Below are positions 53,376 to 64,000 of a stretch of 64,000 nucleotides of DNA, one piece after another. The stretch is from contig OZ249436.1 of the NCBI GenBank assembly GCA_965235115.1, positions 30,194,001 through 30,258,000 of the forward strand, read 5' to 3'. Every line of letters starts with the position of its first letter. Positions within the stretch are counted from its first letter, which is position 1. The stretch is from Laetmonice hystrix. Taxonomy: Eukaryota. Under the pieces are notes generated by a model. The model was given only the letters and a program-made list of their open reading frames with translations. It ran no database searches and was not told the origin of the DNA. The position numbers and the translations under genes were made by a program.

Positions 53376-53668
53376 GTGGGTGTCACAAACATGGGACTAA
53401 ATTGGTTTATTTATACCTGCCAAAAATATCTTAAGTCAACCAGTGATGGCAAATAACTTTGGTATTTCGTTCTTAATGATTGAAGTGTCCGCTAGGGGTT
53501 AGTCTAGTCATCTCTAGATTGGTAGGTCCTATGTCGGACTGATTCTCATGGTTTAATATCTTTATAGTGCCCGTTTTCTATTAACAAGCATTGTCATTGT
53601 TTTTGACATATCAAGATATTTTTCCTGTCGAGCGATGTACACTCTGTAACAATGTTGTTCTATTTTAG

Positions 53669-54514
53669 GATCAACGGGTCCCATTGGAGCTACGGGATCC
53701 ACTGGTCGTGGAGGACCGACAGGAGCAACTGGAAGCACTGGCCCTGGCGGACGCACTGGAAGTACTGGTTTAACTGGTCCAACAGGACCCACTGGATCAA
53801 CTGGATCAACTGGTCGCCAAGGACGGACTGGCGCCACTGGATCTACCGGTCGAGAGGGCGCCACTGGACTGACGGGTCGTCCTGGACCTTTTGGTGCAAC
53901 TGGATTACCAGGCCGGGCAGGTCCGGAAGGAAGGGACGGTTCAACGGGTGCAATCGGGCCATCCGGTCCAACCGGAGCGACTGGGCGTTCGGGACCGACT
54001 GGGCCCACAGGAGCAACAGGAGGAATTGGGCGTCAAGGCAGGACCGGTGGAACAGGATCAACTGGTCCTACAGGAAGAACTGGTTCCACTGGGTTGACGG
54101 GTCGACCAGGTACTTCAGGCGCGAGAGGTGCTACTGGAATCCGTGGACCTGAAGGTTTTACTGGATCTACAGGTCCGACAGGTCGCACTGGAGCAACTGG
54201 TCTGAGAGGTCCAGGTGGCTTCACAGGTGCAACAGGTCGGCCAGGGTTCAGAGGTGATACAGGATCAACGGGTCCGTCAGGTCGAACTGGAGCCACAGGA
54301 AGACTGGGCCCGTCGGGTTTCACTGGATCGACTGGGCCGACTGGTCGAACTGGTGCCACCGGCCCGCGAGGTTTTGATGGCAGGGATGGGCGCACAGGAG
54401 GCACTGGGGCGACTGGTCCCGGCGGCCGAACCGGGGCAACAGGACCGACTGGACCGCAAGGCTTCACAGGGTCCACTGGACGGGATGGGCGGCCTGGACG
54501 TGATGGAGCCACAG
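53669..54514 (+). CDS. Collagen exon, 94 triplets
   Basis: TTTAG acceptor, GTTCGT donor. Confidence 0.9.
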
Positions 54515-54881
54515 GTTCGTTTTCACACTTGAGCAGGGTATATTAATTAGTGATTCAAATGTCACGCTCTCGCGTCTGGCGAGGGCCACAAGGTAGAATT
54601 AGTGGTTCTAATTTTATGACAACTAATAATTAGTTGTTGTCATAAAAAATTGGTTATCAGTAGTTATTAAGACGGGTCTCAGTGAAAAGAAAAATGCTTC
54701 GTTCCATGAATTGAAATTTACTTACCGAAGATATAATAAATTAATATAAAGGCAAATGTTGAGGGGTATAAATAACAAAGGAGCGCAGTCATGTTATGTT
54801 CTTTGGTCTAACATTGCAAATCTGTTTTACTTTATGTCGACCCATATGCAAACCTATTATAAATGATGCGGTTGTTTTCAG

Positions 54882-55673
54882 GATTAACTGGGCCCCGTGG
54901 TGGACCTGGATTCGCTGGAGCCACCGGCCCCAGCGGCCCAACTGGTGGTACTGGTGCTACTGGTCCCTCAGGGCGCACAGGTTCTACAGGCTTAACTGGT
55001 CCGTCCGGCCCAACAGGAGGTACTGGATCAACTGGTCCCTCAGGGCGCACAGGAGCTACTGGAAGCATCGGCGCCTCTGGTTTCCCTGGACGGGATGGAG
55101 ATACAGGCTCAACTGGTCGACAGGGCCCTCGAGGCTTCACTGGAGCCACTGGTCCCCTTGGTAGAACGGGTGCAACTGGCCGCCCAGGTGCAACGGGAAG
55201 AGATGGACGAGATGGTCGCACCGGCGGCACTGGCGCTACTGGCCCGACTGGGTTCACTGGAAGAACTGGGCCAACTGGAAGAACTGGAGGCACTGGAGCC
55301 ACAGGCCGAGACGGCCGCACGGGCGCAACCGGCTCAACGGGAGAACGTGGTTTCACGGGATCCATTGGGCCCTTGGGTCCACAAGGATTTACTGGTTCAA
55401 CTGGTCCCGCAGGCCGCACCGGCGGCACGGGAAGCACTGGTTTCCCGGGCCGAGACGGTCGTCCTGGAGATACTGGAGCAACTGGCCGACCAGGCTTCGA
55501 TGGAGCCACTGGCCGGGAAGGGCGCGATGGCAACACGGGCGCTACTGGAAGGCCAGGTCTGGATGGCAGGCCTGGGTCCACTGGGCCCACGGGACGAACG
55601 GGGGCCACTGGACGCGACGGCCGCGATGGGTCCACAGGAGCTACGGGACGATCCGGGCAGACTGGTGGAACTG
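54882..55673 (+). CDS. Collagen exon, 88 triplets
   Basis: ORF 54863..55684. TTCAG acceptor, GTATGT donor. Confidence 0.93.
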
Positions 55674-55985
55674 GTATGTGGTAGTTATATCTTAACAAGC
55701 TACTGGTTAAACAGTAATATTTATAATACTGACTTTCTATACTTTCAATTAGTTACTTCAAAAACCTGTCTATAAACACAAAAGTAAAGGCAATCCCAGC
55801 AAAATAACAAACTAACATGCAATATTCGCATTTCCTTAATTGTCTTAATTGCCTTACTTATAACGTGAAGGAGTGTAGGTCTCCAGTAGTTCCACTGAAA
55901 AAATATAGAATGATGCTATTTTTTCTAAAGCTGAAGTTCATAAATAATTTCAAGAAATACTCAAGTAAATCTTTCTTTTGAACAG

Positions 55986-58154
55986 GTGCGACTGGTCCAT
56001 CTGGCCAAACTGGAGCCACTGGTCGTATAGGACCAGGAGGGCCGACAGGCGCGACTGGTGCCATAGGTCGTGACGGAAGAACAGGAGGTACCGGGTCCAC
56101 TGGCCCGACTGGTAGGACTGGAGCCACTGGTGGTTTTGGAGCTACAGGAAGGCCTGGCATTGACGGCCGACCTGGCCGAGATGGAGACATTGGTTCCACG
56201 GGTCCAACGGGACAGACAGGTGGAACTGGATTCCCTGGACGGCGAGGACCTACTGGAAGTACAGGAACCACTGGTCCAACGGGACGCACTGGAGCTACGG
56301 GACGTGACGGAAGACCGGGTATCACTGGGGTACCAGGACGCGATGGCCGCCCTGGGTTCTCGGGAGCTACAGGTTTCCCAGGCCGTGACGGTAGGCCTGG
56401 AAACGATGGCGATCGGGGCCGACCTGGCGATACGGGCTCAACTGGCAGAATTGGGCCTGAAGGACGCACGGGAGCAACAGGACCCCAGGGACCTCTAGGC
56501 TTCACTGGAACCACAGGCCCAACTGGTCCGACTGGTGCTACGGGTAGATCTGGACCCACCGGTCCAACAGGTGCGACGGGCTCGACTGGACGACAAGGTC
56601 AGACTGGCGGGACTGGAGCAACAGGTCCTGGTGGTCGCACTGGTGGCACTGGAGCTACTGGTGAAACTGGTCGGCAAGGAAGGGACGGGTTCACAGGAGC
56701 AACAGGACCGTCAGGTCGCACTGGTGCAACAGGTATCCAAGGTCCGCGAGGATTCTCGGGTGCCCCTGGACGAGATGGACGCACGGGTGGTACTGGTAGA
56801 CCTGGATTCCAAGGCCGAGATGGATTCACTGGAGCTACTGGCCCGCAAGGAAGAACTGGTGCCACAGGTGAAACTGGCCGACCAGGTCGAACTGGAACCA
56901 TAGGTGCGACCGGTTTTATCGGACCTCAAGGCCCCAGCGGCTTTACTGGATCGACTGGCCCCACGGGAAGAACAGGTGCTACTGGTAGAGATGGTCGCCC
57001 AGGACCTACTGGAAGGACTGGTGCTACTGGACGTGACGGACGACCCGGAAGAACTGGGGGCCTCGGAGCAACTGGTTTCACAGGCCGAACTGGTGCCACT
57101 GGATTAGAGGGAGCCACTGGGCGGGAAGGAAGACCAGGACGACCTGGAGATCCAGGATTCACTGGGACTACTGGACCTACTGGCCGCACGGGTGCTACGG
57201 GTTCCCCTGGTCGTGATGGTCGCCCAGGACCTCAAGGATTCGCAGGAGCCACAGGTCCTCAAGGGCGCACTGGAGGCACTGGTGCGACTGGGCGAGATGG
57301 AAGGGATGGACAGACTGGTGCAACCGGACCCTCTGGTCCAACTGGTGCCACAGGCAGAATTGGACCAAGTGGACGAACTGGAGGTACTGGGTTCACTGGA
57401 CCGACTGGACGGACCGGTGCTACTGGTTCGACAGGAAGACCTGGTCAGACTGGAGCCACGGGTGGCCCAGGAAGAGATGGTCGCACAGGAGGTACTGGTG
57501 CAACAGGTGAAACCGGTCGACCTGGTAGCGATGGACGTGATGGTGCTACCGGCCTAACAGGACGTACAGGTGCAACTGGTGGTTTTGGAGCTACAGGTCG
57601 CGACGGTCGCAGTGGAGCAACTGGTTTCCCAGGACGGGATGGTCGTGATGGATTTACTGGATCTACTGGTCCCACAGGACGCACTGGAGCGACGGGTGCT
57701 CCAGGCCGTGACGGAGCTACTGGAGGCAGGGGCTTTGATGGCAGAACAGGTGGAACTGGTGCAATTGGACCAACGGGACCCACAGGTGCTACTGGCCCTC
57801 GTGGTATCGGAGGTAGAACAGGAGGAACTGGTGCTACTGGTCCTGGTGGAAGGACTGGAGCTACAGGTTCAACTGGTAGGACTGGAGACCAAGGATTCAC
57901 TGGGTCAACTGGCCCAACTGGACGCACTGGTGGCACTGGGTCTACTGGGCGACCTGGACGTGATGGATTCACTGGCTCCACCGGTCCTGAAGGTCGCTCT
58001 GGTGCTCCTGGCCGACAAGGTTTCACAGGTTTTCCTGGTCGTGACGGTTTTACAGGAGCCACGGGACCTTCAGGCAGAACAGGGGCAACTGGTTCAACCG
58101 GTCGGGAAGGTCCACAGGGACGACCAGGTTCAACTGGTCTTACTGGATTTACAG
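55986..58154 (+). CDS. Collagen exon, 241 triplets (largest, 2169 nt)
   Basis: AACAG acceptor, GTATAA donor. Gly-X-Y frame spot-checked. It is absent from the ORF track, probably because it lacks an in-frame start codon. Confidence 0.9.
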
Positions 58155-58474
58155 GTATAAGTCGCAAAATGTACAAGGAATTACAATTACTTAAAATAAT
58201 TAATTCCAATATATAGGGAGGCACTTCTATAACATTTAAGTGATTATGACACCGCAATGTTGTTACACCACTCATTCTACTTAATATTGAAAATATTGAA
58301 ACTTATGTATAATAGAATTGTTCACTAATCATGCAAATAAACAGTGCCTTTTTCACTAATCTTCACAAATTGGACGAAATAAATTACACATAAAGAACTC
58401 GGCATTTGATCTCGGGCTAAAGTTTAACACAGAATGGGTGGCCTGATATTAGCTGACATTTTACTTTGTTGTTA

Positions 58475-59721
<1,247 letters not shown>

Positions 59722-59869
59722 GTACGAACAGTTCATACTATACCTAACGCAAATAATGATTGAGGTGTACGTATTTTGTTTAGGTACGGCTAATGGAATG
59801 AGGATTTAATCATACCCAAATATCTATATTGTATTTAAGTAAAAAAAAATACTTATCTGAATGTTATAG

Positions 59870-61534
59870 GTGCATCTGGACGTGATGGAAGAACTGGTGC
59901 AACTGGACGTGATGGAAGATCTGGTGCCCAGGGTCAAACAGGTTCAACTGGTCCAGTTGGTCCAGAGGGTAGGTCAGGCGCCATTGGACGCACCGGTTTC
60001 ACTGGTCCAACTGGCCGTACGGGAGCCACCGGTTCTACTGGACCCACTGGTCGCACGGGTGCAACAGGAAGAAGAGGAAACTCTGGAGCTACTGGAAGCA
60101 CTGGTTTCCCTGGACGAGACGGCCGCCCTGGATTCACGGGCGGCACCGGTTCCACTGGTAGAACAGGTGCTATTGGTTCAACTGGTTCCACTGGACCGAC
60201 TGGGCGGACAGGTGCTACTGGATCTACGGGACCTGTTGGTCGCACAGGCCGAACAGGTGCAACTGGTTTCACTGGTCGCTCAGGTGCAACTGGATCAACT
60301 GGTCCTACAGGCCGAACAGGAGCCACGGGCTCAACTGGAAGAGACGGACGTGATGGTGCAACTGGTAGTACCGGAATGACTGGAGCGTCAGGTTTCGCGG
60401 GACGAACTGGGGGCACTGGAGCCACTGGTCCAACTGGAAGGACTGGAGCAACGGGATCGTCAGGACCAACGGGTAGAACCGGAGCGACTGGGTCCACCGG
60501 TCCTGGAGGTAGAACTGGATCAACTGGAGCCACTGGAGCTCCTGGATTCCAAGGTCGAACTGGATCCACAGGTGCAACTGGAAGAGATGGCAGAGATGGT
60601 AATACCGGTTCGACTGGTCCAGAGGGAAGAACCGGGGCAACTGGTCCATCTGGTAGGACCGGAGCGACTGGTCGTGACGGCAGGATTGGCGCCACTGGTT
60701 TCTCAGGACGGGATGGCCGGGATGGCTTCACTGGTTCAACTGGTCCAACTGGAAGGACTGGTGCCACGGGAGGCACTGGAGCAACAGGTTTCCCAGGAAG
60801 GCAGGGTCTCACTGGAGCGACTGGATCAACTGGTAGAGATGGTAGAGATGGATTCACGGGTTCAACTGGTCCTACGGGTAGAACTGGAGCTACTGGATCT
60901 ACCGGTCCCATTGGTCTGCCTGGACGAGATGGTCGCACTGGAGGTATTGGTGCTACGGGTTTCACTGGTAGAGACGGATTTACAGGATCTACTGGACCCA
61001 CTGGACGAACTGGTGCAACTGGTAGCAGTGGAGCCACTGGAGTTCCCGGAAGAGATGGTCGCACAGGTGGCATCGGAGCAACAGGTTTCTCAGGAAGGGA
61101 TGGATTCACTGGATCGACGGGTCCCACTGGAAGAACAGGGGCCACTGGAGCAACAGGTGTGGCTGGTCCTAGAGGTTTTGATGGATTCACCGGAGCAACA
61201 GGCAGGGATGGCCGCACAGGAAACCCCGGTGTCACGGGCTCCACTGGACCTACTGGTAGAACAGGAGCAACTGGGTCGACAGGAGCAACAGGTATTAGGG
61301 GTCGGGATGGTGTCACTGGAGCAACTGGGCCGACAGGGCGAACCGGTGCAACAGGAGTAACGGGACCGACAGGTCGAACTGGAGCAACCGGTTCTTCAGG
61401 ACCTACGGGCAGAACGGGAGCGACTGGTTCTACAGGTCTGAGTGGTCGAACTGGAGCAACTGGCCAAACTGGACCCCGTGGAAGAGATGGCCGGACGGGA
61501 GCACTTGGACCCTCTGGAATGACAGGATCTACAG
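59870..61534 (+). CDS. Collagen exon, 185 triplets
   Basis: TATAG acceptor, GTGAGT donor. ORF 60376..61605 covers the 3' part. Confidence 0.93.
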
Positions 61535-61743
61535 GTGAGTTTCTTCAGGCATGTGTAATGTCAACAATACATGATAATATATTGTTAGATGTTTTGTATC
61601 CTTGATACATAGTCAGATGTCAAGGGTTTATAATGTGGCTGATACCATCTGGAACTCCGACTTCTTTTGTAGTAGTAGAACAGGGTTCCTTAAATCATTA
61701 TACCAACATACATACTGAGAGATCTGCTTCATAATGACTCCAG

Positions 61744-62724
61744 GTCCGACTGGAAGGACGGGAGCCACTGGCTCCACGGGTGGCTCTGGTCGCGATGGCA
61801 GAAGTGGCGCCACAGGATCTACTGGATTCCCTGGTCGCGAAGGATTTACAGGCGCTACTGGACCAACTGGGCGAACTGGTGCAACTGGTAGCACTGGAAG
61901 ACAAGGTTTACCAGGTCGACAAGGATTTACTGGATCGTCTGGTGCCACTGGTCGCGAGGGTCCAACAGGCCGAACCGGCGCCACTGGATTCACAGGTAGG
62001 CCTGGAATACAGGGACGCGACGGTTTCACAGGCGCTACCGGTTTTCCAGGTCGGGACGGCCAAACGGGAGGAAGGGGAGCCACCGGTTTCTCAGGTGCCA
62101 CAGGTGCGACCGGACCAACGGGTCGCACAGGCGCCACTGGACTCCGTGGAAGCACCGGTTTCACTGGAGAGCGCGGAAGAACAGGTGCCACCGGAGCCAC
62201 TGGTGATCGTGGTTTCGATGGATTTACTGGTGCTACTGGACCCACCGGGAGAACAGGCGCTACTGGTTCAACGGGTGTGCGTGGACCTTCTGGGTTCACC
62301 GGTAGCACCGGTAGAACTGGTGCAACTGGTTCTACAGGTCGGGATGGATTCACGGGTGCAACTGGTCCGTCCGGGCGCACAGGAGGCTCCGGAGCTACTG
62401 GCTTCCCCGGACGGGATGGTTCAACTGGTGCTACAGGAAGAGACGGGGCTACCGGACCGACAGGCAGGACTGGTGCAACTGGAACAACTGGGCCAACTGG
62501 CCGCACGGGCGCGACGGGATCGTCGGGTCCCACTGGCCGCACGGGCGCCACCGGGTCAACTGGTCCGTTCGGTCGGACGGGAGCCACTGGTTTTACTGGA
62601 CCGAGGGGAGAGCGTGGTTTTGATGGTGGTAAGGGTGACACTGGATCACGGGGTTTCACTGGTCGTACTGGTGCCACCGGCCCCGCCGGACCCCCAGGTC
62701 CTGTCATCGCAGGCGATATTGGAG
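61744..62724 (+). CDS. Last collagen exon, helix ends [15 protein letters not shown]
   Basis: ORF 61734..62813. TCCAG acceptor, GTAAGA donor. Confidence 0.93.
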
Positions 62725-62920
62725 GTAAGACCACAGGATGGAAACGTTTTGTCTTATTATTGAACAATACACAATATAACTTCACCTACATTTCTGGACA
62801 ATCTGACCAGTAACATTCAAACATAACGATAATTTGAATTAATAAAACGGTTACTTCAGTGAGGTTTTTCCTACTTCTCCAGGATGCTTCGACTAATTTT
62901 GATACGTCCCTGTTTGACAG

Positions 62921-63079
62921 AATATGAAGCCAACCTATGTCGGGACAAGCAGTGTGACAGCGAGTGTCAGACAGCAGTTACTGTGTCCGGATTTAACCGA
63001 ACGATCGTCATCGCCTTCTGTATGTGTGACGTGCCAGGTCTGGGCAAGATCCGGCTACCTGACGGACAGAGGTGTTCAG
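62921..63079 (+). CDS. EGF-like domain 1 exon (atypical spacing)
   Basis: Six Cys: CRDKQCDSEC...FCMC...QRC. GACAG acceptor, GTGAGT donor, phase 1-1. Confidence 0.85.
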
Positions 63080-63534
63080 GTGAGTCACCATCAATCAACA
63101 GATGTCGGTCTCTCTATCTCCTCAAGGTGATTCCGTACGGTACAACGTACTGGTAAAGGTCGTAGGAACCAGTGAGGAGTCTTTACGGGAAAACCAGCTG
63201 GCATGAATAGAGATAGGGTTCCCCATCACTGGGTATCTCAGATAGGGCCTACTATAGTATAGAGGCTATAAGTGATATAAATAAATAAATGGTAATGGCG
63301 GTAATTGCTTTCTTTAGGTTTTCTCAGTATATCAGTCTCTAATATTATGCTATATTATAACGGTACATGAACCGTATATGATACCCCTAGACCTAAACAG
63401 ACCTAAACAGGTCTCAATAATTTTGTACAGTGTAAATTTACCAAAACAAAACTCATGGGGACATGAGGAGTATAGTTGAATACCTACGTATATTGCCAAG
63501 CTGAATTCATGAATATTTCTTTCGTCGCCCTTAG

Positions 63535-63726
63535 ATGTGAGGATCTGCGAATACAACTACGGAGACTGCGAGCAAATCTGTACTCCAGTCCAAGGTTTCA
63601 ACCAGAACCACTGTAGCTGCTACCCTGGCTTCGTACTCTCTGACAACAAACGGAGCTGCCTGCCCGTCGGTGTCGGGCCAACCTTCCAACCCAGGCCCGG
63701 CGGTGCCGACTTCCTCTTCGGACATA
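63535..63726 (+). CDS. EGF-like domain 2 exon; gene continues past window
   Basis: Reads CEYNYGDCEQICT...CSCYPGFVLSDNKRSC. CTTAG acceptor, GTGAGT phase-1 donor with no stop codon. Confidence 0.9.
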
Positions 63727-64000
63727 GTGAGTTCGCCTACTTCAGTAGCCGTACTTCAGAAAGTTACTTCACAAAACAATTTAAAAAAAATCCTTTTGAT
63801 TGAGTCTTTATAGTGATATTATCTCTGAATCTCTTAATTCTGTTCAACATATTTGATATATTCCATAACTGAAAAGCGTACACTTGAATTATCATGAGGG
63901 TTGATTTAGTTTCTCTCCTAGACTTGAATTCGTCCTTTCTTTTTATGAAGTCTGGCGTTTATACTTTGCAATTTACTGAATAGTCCATCTTATAAGCTAT

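Overview
This is eukaryotic (invertebrate animal) genomic DNA. There is no evidence of prokaryotic genes, rRNA, tRNA or CRISPR. The window is dominated by one very large spliced + strand gene running from about 17617 to beyond the window end. I reconstructed its exons by hand from GT-AG sites and reading frame. The order is: signal-peptide exon; six one-exon vWA domains, all lacking the canonical MIDAS DxSxS; a 33-nt microexon; an unrecognised ~165-aa domain split by the only phase-0 intron; 21 collagenous exons totalling about 5,190 residues, including about 1,600 apparently uninterrupted Gly-X-Y triplets dominated by Thr at Y; then two EGF-like exons. The predicted chain is at least ~6,700 aa and is truncated by the window edge. 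The length (about 1.5 um if fully triple-helical) and Gly-X-Thr composition recall the giant threonine-rich annelid cuticle collagens described biochemically from Riftia. That link is inference, and the organism cannot be identified from the sequence. Positions 1-17.6 kb and the introns hold minisatellites, foldback/MITE-like elements and possible decayed coding remnants. A 168-nt assembly gap lies inside a collagen intron.
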